Part shown: positions 49,013-58,554 of the stretch, in pieces
Layout of the letters: each line of letters opens with the position of its first letter
Position numbering within the stretch: the stretch's first letter is position 1
Assembly (NCBI GenBank): GCA_963823845.1
Contig: CAWGND010000008.1
Location: 729,124 to 793,123, forward strand
DNA: 64,000 nucleotides
Direction: 5' to 3'
Source: Terriglobales bacterium
Lineage (GTDB): Bacteria; Acidobacteriota; Terriglobia; Terriglobales; Acidobacteriaceae
The notes under the pieces: generated by a model
The model's input: only the letters and a program-made list of their open reading frames with translations
The model's database searches: none
Told to the model about the DNA's origin: nothing
Position numbers and translations under genes: made by a program

Positions 49013-49189
49013 ATTTATTGACTATAAGGTATAAGGACCCCATTCACAAAACGGTTGAGGCTGGTTTGACATGAAAAATTTCCGCGCAGGAGAACAGTAA
49101 TCAGCAGATAATGCAAGCCTTCCGGCAATTCCGGTGGATCTTTGAGCTGTAACGAATTTTGATGGCCGCGAAAGAGATCAGTCGTGCGC

Positions 49190-49729
49190 TTATTCGACCA
49201 CGGCCAGTACATCGCCAGCGGCAACCGTGCCGCCCGCCTCAACGCGGAGCTGAATCACTTTGCCGGCTTTTGGTGATTTCAATTCGTTCTGCATCTTCAT
49301 TGCTTCGATGACGACAATCCCCTGATGGGCTTCTACCGCATCTCCAATGCTGGCTAGTACGCGCACAACGCGCCCGGGCATGGGAGCGAGCACAGGCTTT
49401 GGTCCCTCTGTGCCGCCATGCCGGCTACGGCGCGACTTCAATGAGCGCGGATCGTCGACGCGATAGAGAAGCCGCTTGCCAACGAGATGAATTGCCGTCC
49501 CCTCAGCGCTTTCTTCAAGTACGCATCGATATGACTTTCCCGCAATGTGCAGCGAGAGCACCCCAGGCCGAAGGGCCTGCGCCTCGACATCGACTGCCGG
49601 CTCGCCATCAATACTTATTCGATATTGCCCGCCCTCGCACAGCGTCAGTTCGACCTGCCGCAGTGCGCCGTTCATCTCGAGCTGGATCATCATGCGCGCA
49701 GGCCCTCGCGCCGCGCTACCTGCTTCCAT
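49190..49729 (-). CDS. Biotin carboxyl carrier (biotinyl/lipoyl domain) protein
   Basis: 179 aa. The C-terminus, GIVVIEAMKMQNELKSPKAGKV...GDVLAVVE, contains the AMKM biotinylation motif. Confidence 0.85.
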   Translation of the reverse strand: MEAGSAARGPARMMIQLEMNGALRQVELTLCEGGQYRISIDGEPAVDVEAQALRPGVLSLHIAGKSYRCVLEESAEGTAIHLVGKRLLYRVDDPRSLKSRRSRHGGTEGPKPVLAPMPGRVVRVLASIGDAVEAHQGIVVIEAMKMQNELKSPKAGKVIQLRVEAGGTVAAGDVLAVVE

Positions 49730-51234
49730 CCGCTAATGTCGGACTTTGGCCCGTTCTCGCTGGAATCGATCCCGTTGCGCCCTTGGCCATTCGCCAAGCG
49801 TTGGCTTTCAAAGAGCGCAGCCGCAATGAGTGCGGCTGTCTCTGCATCTTCGGTTGGCCCAGGCAGTGCGCTGTTCGCAGCCAGCAACCGGTCGAGATAG
49901 CCGGTATCGATGCGCGCCGCACCGAAGTCGGAGTCGCTCAGGATGCGGCGAAAGAGCCCGAGGTTCGTCCGGATGCCGCCGATGACATACTCGTCGAGCG
50001 CACGCAGCAGACGCGCAATGGCGAGGTCGCGCGTCGGTGCAAACGCGATCAGCTTCGAGAGCATGGGATCGTATTCCAGCGGCACGATCCAGCCCTCGTA
50101 GATGCCCGAGTCCTCACGGATTCCCGGCCCTCCGGGCTGCAGCAGGCGTGTGATCTTTCCCGGCGAGGGAAAGAACCCGTTGTCCGGATCTTCAGCGTAG
50201 ACGCGACACTCCATAGCATGACCGCGCAGATGAATGTCTTCTTGTTTGAAAGGCAGCGGCTCGCCCTGAGCTATGCGGATCTGCAAATGAACGAGATCCA
50301 ATCCCGTCACCAGCTCCGTGACAGGATGCTCCACCTGCAGGCGCGTGTTCATTTCAAGGAAATAGAAATTGCGGGCTTCATCGACAAGAAACTCGACCGT
50401 TCCGGCGTTTGTGTATCCCGCCGATTTCGCCAGGCACACTGCCGCGTCACCCATGCGCTTTCGCAGATCCTCGTCAACCACTGCCGAAGGCGCTTCTTCG
50501 ATGACTTTTTGATGGCGCCGCTGGACTGAGCACTCGCGCTCGCCCAGCGAGACACAGTTGCCATGCTCGTCGGCCAATATTTGAATCTCGATGTGCCGCG
50601 GCTGCTCGATCAGCTTTTCGAGATACACCTCGCCCGACCCGAAGGCCCTTTCAGCTTCGCTGGCTGCCGAGCTAAACGCGACACCCAGGTCGTCTCTGGA
50701 AAAAACCGCGCGCATGCCCTTGCCGCCGCCACCAGACGCCGCCTTGAGCATCACTGGATAGCCGATCTCTTCGGCAACCGCGTACGTCTCTTCTAGGGAA
50801 GCCAATCCCTTCACCGAGCCTGGCGTTCGGCGCATGCCTGCAGCATCAGCCGCCTGGCGCGCACGGGTCTTCGATCCGAGCGCCCGCATCGCGGTCGCCG
50901 GGGGCCCGATAAACTTGATGCCGGCATTTTCGCAGGTCTCGGCGAAACTCGCATTTTCGGAGAGAAATCCATAGCCCGGATGAATCGCCTGAGCGCCTGA
51001 GCGCTGGGCAATTTCGAGAATCAACGCGCCGCGCAGGTACGACTCGGTGGCGGGCGCTGGTCCCAGGCGATATGCTTCGTCAGCCTCAAGCACGTGCAGA
51101 GCAGCACGGTCAGCGTCCGAGTAGACAGCAACTGTCGCGATTCCGAGTTCGCGACAGGCGCGCAGAATACGGAGCGCGATCTCGCCACGATTGGCAATCA
51201 GAACTTTACGAATGGATGGTTGAGCGTTCGTCAC
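49690..51234 (-). CDS. Biotin carboxylase (acetyl/acyl-CoA carboxylase biotin carboxylase subunit)
   Basis: 514 aa. Motifs are KVLIANRGEIALRILRACRELGI, GYPVMLKAASGGGGKGMR, RDCSVQRRHQK-type ERECSVQRRHQKVIEE, and EMNTRLQVEHPVTE. It overlaps the downstream carrier gene by 40 nt. Confidence 0.9.
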   Translation of the reverse strand: MTNAQPSIRKVLIANRGEIALRILRACRELGIATVAVYSDADRAALHVLEADEAYRLGPAPATESYLRGALILEIAQRSGAQAIHPGYGFLSENASFAETCENAGIKFIGPPATAMRALGSKTRARQAADAAGMRRTPGSVKGLASLEETYAVAEEIGYPVMLKAASGGGGKGMRAVFSRDDLGVAFSSAASEAERAFGSGEVYLEKLIEQPRHIEIQILADEHGNCVSLGERECSVQRRHQKVIEEAPSAVVDEDLRKRMGDAAVCLAKSAGYTNAGTVEFLVDEARNFYFLEMNTRLQVEHPVTELVTGLDLVHLQIRIAQGEPLPFKQEDIHLRGHAMECRVYAEDPDNGFFPSPGKITRLLQPGGPGIREDSGIYEGWIVPLEYDPMLSKLIAFAPTRDLAIARLLRALDEYVIGGIRTNLGLFRRILSDSDFGAARIDTGYLDRLLAANSALPGPTEDAETAALIAAALFESQRLANGQGRNGIDSSENGPKSDISGWKQVARREGLRA

Positions 51235-51303
51235 AACAAGAGAGGATTCTAAATGGAAAAGCCTCCGATCGCTCGGAGGCTCTCCAATGGACAGCGACTA
51301 CGG

Positions 51304-52173
51304 TTACTTTGAATTGTCCATAACGACTCCGCCTGGCGTCGCGTTGTTCTTCTTCTCTTCATTGGCCTTGCGCGTACCCATGGCCTTGTCGCGCCACTGG
51401 CCGGCCTGATCGAGGTCTTCCTTGCGAGCCTGATCGTTTCCGCATTCAAGGGTCGCCTTTTGGCGATACATCAGGTTCATATAGGCCATGGCGTCATCGT
51501 AGTTAGGACGAATATCCAACGCCTTCTGCAGATACTGCAAGCCTTCGGCCACGATCCCTGCGTTCTGCGTTACGAGATTCTGGCAAACCGGCTTCGGCAT
51601 CTTCGGATTGCCGTCACCAGCGTCCTGCAAACCCGCGCCGGAGAGGGCCGCGACAGCATTCTTGTGAGCCACGCCCCAGTCGATGACACCGATGGTGTAG
51701 GCCGCCTCCGCATCCTGCGGATCTACGGCAAGCACCTTCTGCTGCCACTCCTTGGCTTTATCGAACTGGTCAGTCTGGAAGTAGAGACCGGCGATGCCCT
51801 TGAGGCTGCCGATGTCCTTGGGATCTTTGTCGAGCACGTCCTGGAAACCCTGAATCGCCAAATTCGCGTTCTTCATGTTTTCAGGAGTAGTCAGATCGGG
51901 AACAACCTGCTGCGCATAGGCAGTCGCGAGATATAGGCGCGCCATGGGCAGCGTGGGATCGAGATTCACCGCAGTTTGGAAATGGCCAATTGCTTCTTCG
52001 TACTTGGCATTCTTGTAGGCCGCCACGCCTTTGTTCAACTGGTCGCGGGCCTTGAGGCGGTTGCACCCGGTCATCATGGTCAGCATCGCCAGGAACGCGG
52101 CTGCCAATACCGGAAAACGTGCGATTCGGTTCATTCTCTTTCTTATCTCCTTTGATCGCATGATCGCCAGCAT
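51304..52173 (-). CDS. TPR-repeat lipoprotein
   Basis: 289 aa. It has a lipobox (LTMMTGC) and several TPR-like repeats (AYKNAKYEEAIGHFQTAVNLDP...). Confidence 0.75.
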   Translation of the reverse strand: MLAIMRSKEIRKRMNRIARFPVLAAAFLAMLTMMTGCNRLKARDQLNKGVAAYKNAKYEEAIGHFQTAVNLDPTLPMARLYLATAYAQQVVPDLTTPENMKNANLAIQGFQDVLDKDPKDIGSLKGIAGLYFQTDQFDKAKEWQQKVLAVDPQDAEAAYTIGVIDWGVAHKNAVAALSGAGLQDAGDGNPKMPKPVCQNLVTQNAGIVAEGLQYLQKALDIRPNYDDAMAYMNLMYRQKATLECGNDQARKEDLDQAGQWRDKAMGTRKANEEKKNNATPGGVVMDNSK

Positions 52174-52416
52174 ACGCCACAGACAGCAAAAGCAGAAGTG
52201 CGGATTCTTGTGAATCTACTCCAGAACAGTTTTCTCAAAAAGCCCTATTCTGCAAAGGCCATCCACAGGCACATGAATTCTACTACTGCTCCAACCCGCG
52301 TATAGCATTGGGATGCATCAATTTTAAAAATCTCTGCGCAGTGATTGTAATTAGTTTCTGCCGTATGGCAAGTTTCTGTTTGGTAAGCCCAGATACCGGG
52401 ACGGGGAACCAGCGAG

Positions 52417-52438
52417 AAAAAACGGGCCTATTGGCCCG
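52417..52438 (-). terminator. Intrinsic terminator overlapping the exbD stop codon
   Basis: The minus strand reads CGGGCC-AAUA-GGCCCG followed by UUUUUUC. The TAG stop lies in the loop. Confidence 0.7.
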
Positions 52439-52865
52439 CTTCAATCTTCGGCGTAATCAGGCCGATATGGTCCACACCCACGCCGTGCGCCAGGTCCACG
52501 ACCTCCGCGACCGACGTGAAGTTCAGGTCAGGATCGCCCTTGATGAACATCACCTTTTCGGCCCGCGCGGCATAAATTGCGTCGAGCCGGTTGCGAAGAT
52601 CGACCTTCGCTACATCGTCCTGATTGATCTTGTAGGACGGCGTGCCGCCAGGGCTGGACAATATCTGCACGACGATGGTGCGGTCATTCGGCTGCTGCTG
52701 ATTAGGATTCTTCGGCGGCTGCGGAACGAGCGCATCCAAGCCCCTTGGCGTAACCGGCACGATGACCATGAAAATGATCAACAGCACCAGCAGCACGTCG
52801 ATCAGAGGGGTAACGTTGATATTCGCATTCAGTCCACCCGGACCGCTGCCACCTGACATACCCAT
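52428..52865 (-). CDS. exbD: ExbD/TolR-family biopolymer transport protein
   Basis: 145 aa: NVTPLIDVLLVLLIIFMV. Confidence 0.88.
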   Translation of the reverse strand: MGMSGGSGPGGLNANINVTPLIDVLLVLLIIFMVIVPVTPRGLDALVPQPPKNPNQQQPNDRTIVVQILSSPGGTPSYKINQDDVAKVDLRNRLDAIYAARAEKVMFIKGDPDLNFTSVAEVVDLAHGVGVDHIGLITPKIEAGQ

Positions 52866-52912
52866 AAGTTATTTCCTCGTTTCTCCGGTGCGTTGCGACG
52901 ATTCCATTGGTA

Positions 52913-53368
52913 TCACTCTCCGCCAGCGGCGGGCGGATTAGGATGTGAGCCCTCACGCTGTTCCGTGAGCAAGCCAACTTCTTCCACGCCAGTTGTTCGC
53001 ACGGCATCGATGGCATCCATCAGCGTGCCATAGTGCGCCCGCGCGTCAGACCGGAAATAGACCATTTTGTTCGTCTTGTTCTGCAGCATATCGCTGACTT
53101 TGGGGCCAAGGTCCGCAAGTGAAACCTGATCCTGTCCCAGAAAGATCTTGCCGTCGCGAGTCACTGCCACAACCACAGCATCTTCGTGGTCGGCGTCGGG
53201 CATCGCTGTCGGGTTATCCGTCTGCGCCAGCTGTACGTTCACCTTGTTCTGGAGCATGGGCGTGATGACCATGAAAATGATCAGCAACACCAGCATGACG
53301 TCCACCATCGGCGTAACGTTGATGTTCGCGTTGACCTTGCTACCTTCGTCTCTCTTAGCTTGTGCCAT
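52913..53368 (-). CDS. exbD: ExbD/TolR-family biopolymer transport protein (second copy)
   Basis: 151 aa: NVTPMVDVMLVLLIIFMV. Confidence 0.88.
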   Translation of the reverse strand: MAQAKRDEGSKVNANINVTPMVDVMLVLLIIFMVITPMLQNKVNVQLAQTDNPTAMPDADHEDAVVVAVTRDGKIFLGQDQVSLADLGPKVSDMLQNKTNKMVYFRSDARAHYGTLMDAIDAVRTTGVEEVGLLTEQREGSHPNPPAAGGE

Positions 53369-53523
53369 TCCAATGCTCCCCCCGATCGGATCTTAGACCG
53401 GGCTGCCAATCGGGCTTCCTCAAATGTTGCGGGCTCGGCCTGGAAAAACCGCCGGAGTGGGGCGTTTCAAGTTTCCCCCCACTCCAAACGCAGGATTCCC
53501 GCTGGTGAGTGCGCAAGCGCCGT

Positions 53524-54261
53524 CTAGCGGCGGGCACCCTGCTTGAGGAAGTAGTCGATCAGTTCACTCGAGGAGTTATCCATCTCGACGTCGAAGGCTT
53601 CCACCTTATTGGTGAAGTAGTTGAACGTCATAACGGCCGGGATGGCGACCAGCAGACCGAACGCGGTGGTTACGAGCGCTTCCGAAATACCACCGGCGAC
53701 TGCGCCGATACCCGAGGTCTTCTGCGTTGCGATCTGGCGGAACGCGTTCAAGATACCGACAACCGTTCCGAACAGTCCGATAAACGGAGCCGTCGAGCCG
53801 ATCGTGGCCAGACCGCCAAGACCGCGCTTCAGCTTCGCGTGAACGATGGCTTCGGAGCGCTCAAGGGCGCGCTTCGAGGACTCGATCTGGTCTTCGGTGA
53901 CTGCGCCGCCGCTGCCATAGTTGCGGAATTCCTGCAGCCCGGCAGTGACGACCTCAGCCAGGTGGGACTTCTTGTTGCGATCGGCGACCTTGATGGCCTC
54001 GTCCAGCTTGCCCTCTTTCAGGGCGCCTGCAACGCGCGGAGCGAACTCGCGCGACTGCTTGCGGGCTGCGCTGAAATAGAGCCAGCGGTCGATGATCACA
54101 GCCAGGGACCAGATCGACATGATGAAGAGGATGATGACGACGCCCTTGGCCAGCGAGCCCATGTTGTTCCACAGATCGAGCGGGCTGAAGCCGACTGTCT
54201 GCTCCTGGAAAAAGGCTAGCGAAGTTGGGTGAATTGCTTGTGTTAGATGAGCGAGAATCAC
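53524..54261 (-). CDS. exbB: MotA/TolQ/ExbB proton-channel protein
   Basis: 245 aa: LATIGSTAPFIGLFGTVVGILNAF...GGISEALVTTAFGLLVAIPA. Confidence 0.9.
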   Translation of the reverse strand: MILAHLTQAIHPTSLAFFQEQTVGFSPLDLWNNMGSLAKGVVIILFIMSIWSLAVIIDRWLYFSAARKQSREFAPRVAGALKEGKLDEAIKVADRNKKSHLAEVVTAGLQEFRNYGSGGAVTEDQIESSKRALERSEAIVHAKLKRGLGGLATIGSTAPFIGLFGTVVGILNAFRQIATQKTSGIGAVAGGISEALVTTAFGLLVAIPAVMTFNYFTNKVEAFDVEMDNSSSELIDYFLKQGARR

Positions 54262-54387
54262 TTGAATCTTTCCTCCTGAGGAGTTTTCTTCTTTAGAAAA
54301 AACCTGCGCAAAATACCTGCGTGGCTGCCTGCGGTTTACCTCTCCGGCTTATGTCCTGCCGACGAGGCCGGATGATGATACGCGCCA

Positions 54388-55119
54388 TCAACCGCCGAGG
54401 TTGAAGACCACGTTGACCTGCGTTTCCACCTCTACCGGATCGCCATTGAGCAGGTAGGGCTTATACCGCCAGGACCTCACCGCATCCATGGCCGCCTGCT
54501 GCAACATTGGCGGGCCACTGACTACGTGAAGATTTTCGATTGTGCCGGCCTTGGAAATCGTCGCCTGCAAAATCACCGTTCCCTGAATGCGGGCCGCCTT
54601 GGCGATGGCCGGATACTGCGGCATCGTCTTCACCAGCAGGTTGCCCTGCATCACGCCCGAGGACACGGCGATCTTCTTCGGCGCAGCAGCCTTCACGACT
54701 GGAGCCGGTCCGTTGCCGATACCGCCGAGCACTCCGCCAAGTACGCCGCCTGCGGCGCCGCCGCCCATGCCTTCCATTCCGGCGACGCCGGCGGCACTGG
54801 GTGCGGCTTCTTCTTTAACCATCTTGATGTCTTTGGGAATCTTTGTCGGGGCAGTCAGCTGGTTGTTCAGCATCTCGGAAACAACCTTCTGCACATGGAC
54901 AGGCGCTTGTGGCGGTGGAGGTGGAGGGGGCGGGGGCGGCGGGGGTGGAGCAACCAGCAGAGTTGCCATCGCCGCTTTCGGCAGCGCCTCCGGATAAATC
55001 AGCGGGACCAAAATCATTGCAGCGAGAATCGAACCGTTGAGCACGAAACCGATAATCGTAAAATATTTGCTCTTGGTCTTGATCTGGCCGCCTGACTCCA
55101 TTAAGGCATCTTCAAACAT
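54388..55119 (-). CDS. tonB: Energy transducer TonB
   Basis: 243 aa. It has an N-terminal TM segment, a run of 14 consecutive Pro residues, and a C-terminal TonB_C domain (YPAIAKAARIQGTVILQATISKAGTIENLHVVSG...AAMDAVRSWRYKPYLLNG.PVEV). Confidence 0.88.
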   Translation of the reverse strand: MFEDALMESGGQIKTKSKYFTIIGFVLNGSILAAMILVPLIYPEALPKAAMATLLVAPPPPPPPPPPPPPQAPVHVQKVVSEMLNNQLTAPTKIPKDIKMVKEEAAPSAAGVAGMEGMGGGAAGGVLGGVLGGIGNGPAPVVKAAAPKKIAVSSGVMQGNLLVKTMPQYPAIAKAARIQGTVILQATISKAGTIENLHVVSGPPMLQQAAMDAVRSWRYKPYLLNGDPVEVETQVNVVFNLGG

Positions 55120-55224
55120 ACCCTACCTCTTCCAAGCAGAACTTGTTACCACCTATAGACACCACCTGGGTGTTCGTTTGTTCCCGGTTGCCCGGCCTTT
55201 TTTTAGAGCAGGTCAGAAGGGCTG

Positions 55225-55260
55225 AAAAAAGCCGAGTGGAAAAGCTATATCACACTCGGC
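55225..55260 (-). terminator. Intrinsic terminator after secF
   Basis: The minus strand reads GCCGAGUG-(14 nt)-CACUCGGC followed by UUUUUUC. It lies 16 nt downstream of the restored secF stop at 55276. Confidence 0.7.
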
Positions 55261-55423
55261 CTAGTTCTGGAAACGCTACACTCGCGCTTTTTTCGCTGCG
55301 GGCAAAGTCGCCGCTTTGCCCCGGCCCTGCCGCCATTCCTGATAAGCCACTAGCATCGGCGCCGCCACGGCGATCGACGAGTAGGTGCCGATCAAAATGC
55401 CGACTACCAGCGCAAACGAGAAG

Positions 55424-56479
55424 TCATGAAGCACTTCGCCGCCGAAGACGATAGAGCGAAAGCACAGTCAGGAAGGTCAGGCCAGAGGTCAGGACCGTCC
55501 GGCTCAGCGTCTGGTTAATGCTGCGATTGACGATATCGGCCATCGGTTCACGCCGCGTCAGCCGCAGATTTTCGCGGATTCGGTCAAAAACGACGATTGT
55601 GTCGTTCATCGAATAGCCGACCAGCGTCAAGATGGCCGCAATCACCGTCAGCGATATTTCCTTATTGGTGAGGCTGAACGCCCCAACAGTAATCAGCGTA
55701 TCGTGAAAAACGGCAACCACCGCCGCTACTCCATATATCAGCTCAAAGCGGAACCAGAGATACACCAGCATCCCAGCCAGTGAATACAGGGTTGCCAGCA
55801 ATGCCTGCTTCTTCAGCTGCGCTCCCACTTGCGGGCCAACGATTTCGACGTTGCGAATGGCAAAGCCGGAGAGATACGTATTCTGCTTCAGCTCAGCCAG
55901 CACTGCCGGCGTTGTCACACCGCGAAGATTGTCGATGGAATCAATCAGTCCACTGCGCGTATTGCGATAACCCAGAATCGCCTCTGCCTGCTGGTCATAG
56001 TGCTGCTGCGACGTGTCGCTCGAACCAAGGCGCTCCGGGTCCTTCTGCGCCAGCCAACCAGCCAGCGTCCCCTGGCCCACGTTGTCGAGATCGAGCTTGC
56101 CCTGGTTCGCTCCGCCGTCGGGCGCATAGTTGGTCTCGAGCGTCTGCAGGATGGCCGCGCGTCCCTGATCGAGCGACGCCTCGCTCGTCTGGCTCTGCGC
56201 CAGCGAAACGATCACCTCATGATTCGCTGCCGGCCCGAAGGTTTGGATCCGAGCATCTTTGAGACCCGCCTTATCGGCCGCGGAACGGATCCGGTCCGCA
56301 TCCGGCTGCTGGTCAAACTTGACCCGCACCACCGTGCCGCCGCGGAAGTCTACATCCTGCGGCAACCCGTGCCAGAAAAGCAGCGAGAGCACGCCCGCCA
56401 CACTGAAAATCAGCGAAAATCCGAGGAAATACCACTTCTTCCCCAGCCAGTCGATTTTTACCTCACGAAACAGTTCCAC
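55424..56479 (-). CDS. secF: Protein translocase subunit SecF. The annotated ORF is truncated; the conserved C-terminus continues in another frame to 55276.
   Basis: 351 aa: IDWLGKKWYFLGFSLIF..., VYLWFRFE..., DTIVVFDRIREN. After ...LTVLSLY the frame shifts. The next frame reads VFGGEVLHDFSFALVVGILIGTYSSIAVAAPMLVAYQEW..., which is the normal last TM segment of SecF. Confidence 0.9.
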   Translation of the reverse strand: MELFREVKIDWLGKKWYFLGFSLIFSVAGVLSLLFWHGLPQDVDFRGGTVVRVKFDQQPDADRIRSAADKAGLKDARIQTFGPAANHEVIVSLAQSQTSEASLDQGRAAILQTLETNYAPDGGANQGKLDLDNVGQGTLAGWLAQKDPERLGSSDTSQQHYDQQAEAILGYRNTRSGLIDSIDNLRGVTTPAVLAELKQNTYLSGFAIRNVEIVGPQVGAQLKKQALLATLYSLAGMLVYLWFRFELIYGVAAVVAVFHDTLITVGAFSLTNKEISLTVIAAILTLVGYSMNDTIVVFDRIRENLRLTRREPMADIVNRSINQTLSRTVLTSGLTFLTVLSLYRLRRRSAS

Positions 56480-56524
56480 GGATTCCGCCTGCTCCTAAAT
56501 TTCTTTTTGCTATCCCCTCAGAAT

Positions 56525-56577
56525 TGTCATCCTGAGCGGAGCGCCGAAGGCGCGTAGTCGAAGAACCTGCAGTTTGC
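56525..56577. repeat. REP-like intergenic element between secD and secF
   Basis: TGTCATCCTGAGCGGAGCGCCGAAGGCGCGTAGTCGAAGAACCTGCAGTTTGC contains the hairpin GCGCC-GAA-GGCGC (56541-56553). From memory, the GTCATCCTGAGCG(A/G)AGCG... core resembles a dispersed repeat of acidobacterial genomes. Copy number cannot be verified here. Confidence 0.4.
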
Positions 56578-56604
56578 TCGCGCCACCGCAGCTCTCGACA
56601 AAAC

Positions 56605-58221
56605 CTAAATCGACAACGCTTCGCCGCGCTGCTTCTTGTTCAAATGCGACTCGAAGATCACGCGCGACACAAACACAGCCGTAAACAAATTTGCCAACAG
56701 ACCGAAAGTCAGCGTCACGGCAAAGCCGCGCACCGGTCCAGTCCCGAAAATAAACAGGATTGCCGCCGACACGATCGTCGTCACGTGCGTATCGATGATC
56801 GTCGTCCACGCATGCGCGAATCCCTGATCGACCGCAGCCGCAGGCGACTTGCCCGCGCGCAACTCTTCGCGGATGCGTTCAAAGATCAGCACGTTCGAGT
56901 CGACGCCCATACCAATCGTCAGAATCACGCCGGCAATACCCGGCAGCGTCAGGACCGATCCCGTGAAGCCCATGAATCCGAGCAGAATCACCAGGTTCAA
57001 GAAGAGGGCCAGATCGGCGTTGATGCCAGCGCCGCGATAGTAGAAGAGCATGAAGATCATCACCGCCAGCATGCCGACAACCGATGCGAGCACGCCTTGC
57101 CGGATCGAATCCGCGCCGAGCGATGGCCCCACGGTGCTTTCCTGCAAGTAGTGAATCGAGGCGGGCAGAGCGCCCGTGCGCAGCAGCATCGAGAGATCTT
57201 TTGCCTGCTGCTCGTTGATGCCGCCGCCGGAGATCGTACCGGTATCGCGAATCTGGTCGCGAATCGTCGCCACTTCCTGAATCTTGTTATCGAGCACGAT
57301 GCAAAGCGACTTGCCCTTGTTCGCAGCCGTGAAGTCGGCAAAATGATTGCCCGCCGCGGTCGTCAGGTAGAAAACAACTTCCGGCTCGTTGGTGTTCTGG
57401 TTGCGGTTCGCCTGCGCATCGCGGATGTCCGTCCCGGCAACTTCCGCCGCACGCTTGATCTGGTAAAGCTGGTTGCCGCTGCCCGGCGCAGATGCGCCCG
57501 GAGCGGTATGCAGCAGCAGAGAGTCATAGGGAACCGCCCCGCCCAACGCCTGCAACGCTGCCTGCTCATCAGGCCATGGACCACCCTGAACCTCGTGAAT
57601 TTCGAGACGCGCCGTCGACTGGATCACATCCTTCACGCGTCCCGGATCATCCACGCCCGGAAGTTCCACCAGGATCTGGTCGCTGCCCAGGTTGTACTCC
57701 TGAATGACCGGCTCGCTCACACCCAGCGAATCCACGCGTTGGCGGATGACCTCAATGGAATGCTCCATCGTGCTCTTCTTCAGGTCGGCCACCGTACTCG
57801 GTTTCATCGTCAGCGAAAACGTATTGTTCGCGCCCGAGGTGATGTCGTACTGGTTGCCATAGCGCTGGTTCAGCACGGTCCGAATGTCGCCGGCGCGGTC
57901 AGCCGGAGCGCCCGCAATCAGGATCGTCTCCGGGTGCGCGGAATCGGGAATTACCGAACCGACCGTGATGCCGTTCTGCTGGAGATCCGTCTGAATATGA
58001 GCGGCGTCGTTGGTGGTCTGCGCACCGACGGCTTCGTCCACCATCACCTGCAGAATCAGGTGCGTGCCGCCCTTAAGGTCCAGGCCAAGGTGAATGTTGT
58101 CAAGGACTGCCTGCTTGAACGCTGTTCCGCTCAGACCTTTGGGAATGCGGAAGATGCCGAAGATGAAGACGATCAGCACCGCGATAATCAGAATGGTTTT
58201 TTGAGTGAGGTTCTTACGCAT
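56605..58221 (-). CDS. secD: Protein translocase subunit SecD
   Basis: 538 aa. Motifs are LGLDLKGGTHLILQV, the periplasmic P1 domain, GIAGVILTIGMGVDSNVLIFERIREEL and GFAVTLTFGLLANLFTAVFVSR. Confidence 0.93.
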   Translation of the reverse strand: MRKNLTQKTILIIAVLIVFIFGIFRIPKGLSGTAFKQAVLDNIHLGLDLKGGTHLILQVMVDEAVGAQTTNDAAHIQTDLQQNGITVGSVIPDSAHPETILIAGAPADRAGDIRTVLNQRYGNQYDITSGANNTFSLTMKPSTVADLKKSTMEHSIEVIRQRVDSLGVSEPVIQEYNLGSDQILVELPGVDDPGRVKDVIQSTARLEIHEVQGGPWPDEQAALQALGGAVPYDSLLLHTAPGASAPGSGNQLYQIKRAAEVAGTDIRDAQANRNQNTNEPEVVFYLTTAAGNHFADFTAANKGKSLCIVLDNKIQEVATIRDQIRDTGTISGGGINEQQAKDLSMLLRTGALPASIHYLQESTVGPSLGADSIRQGVLASVVGMLAVMIFMLFYYRGAGINADLALFLNLVILLGFMGFTGSVLTLPGIAGVILTIGMGVDSNVLIFERIREELRAGKSPAAAVDQGFAHAWTTIIDTHVTTIVSAAILFIFGTGPVRGFAVTLTFGLLANLFTAVFVSRVIFESHLNKKQRGEALSI

Positions 58222-58245
58222 GGGAATTCAAATCGTGAGCAGGCG

Positions 58246-58554
58246 CTACTTTGCGGCCTCGTCTGTAGTTACGGAAGCGATGGCGCTCTTTACCACTTCC
58301 AGCTTGATGTTGTCCGGCGGCACGCGCAACTGAATCGCATCTTCCTTAATCGACATGATGACGCCGCGAATTCCGCCCGTCGTCGTGACCTTGTCGCCCG
58401 GCTTCAGATCACTGAGCATCTGCTGCCACTGCTTCTGCTTGTTCTGGTTGGGCCGGATCAGCAGCAGATAGAAAACCGCAATAATGACCACGAAGGGCAG
58501 AAATGAAACCAGGCCCGGAGGAAGCGTGCCGGCGAGCAGTAATGTTGCGTTCAA
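58246..58554 (-). CDS. yajC: Preprotein translocase subunit YajC
   Basis: 102 aa: FLPFVVIIAVFYLLLIRPNQNKQKQWQQMLSDLKPGDKVTTTGGIRGVI. Confidence 0.9.
   Translation of the reverse strand: MNATLLLAGTLPPGLVSFLPFVVIIAVFYLLLIRPNQNKQKQWQQMLSDLKPGDKVTTTGGIRGVIMSIKEDAIQLRVPPDNIKLEVVKSAIASVTTDEAAK

Noticed and set aside
54911-54950. A G-rich tract, GGCGGTGGAGGTGGAGGGGGCGGGGGCGGCGGGGGTGGAG, considered as a potential G-quadruplex or repeat
   Set aside because: It is simply the antisense of the CCN codons that encode the 14-residue poly-proline linker of TonB.
55180-55205. A CCGG-TTGC-CCGG hairpin followed by TTTTTTT on the + strand, upstream of tonB
   Set aside because: The stem is only 4 bp, and no + strand gene ends here. 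It is probably part of the tonB promoter/leader region rather than a terminator.
56644-58506. A 620-aa ORF on the + strand opposite secD/yajC. Similar long antisense or off-frame ORFs occur at 26998-28254, 15692-16594, 19117-20226, 21853-24033 (several), 49399-50529, 53509-54219 and 62109-62954.
   Set aside because: All overlap strongly supported genes on the other strand or in another frame. All have Arg/His/Pro/Gly-rich, motif-free translations. They are shadow ORFs.
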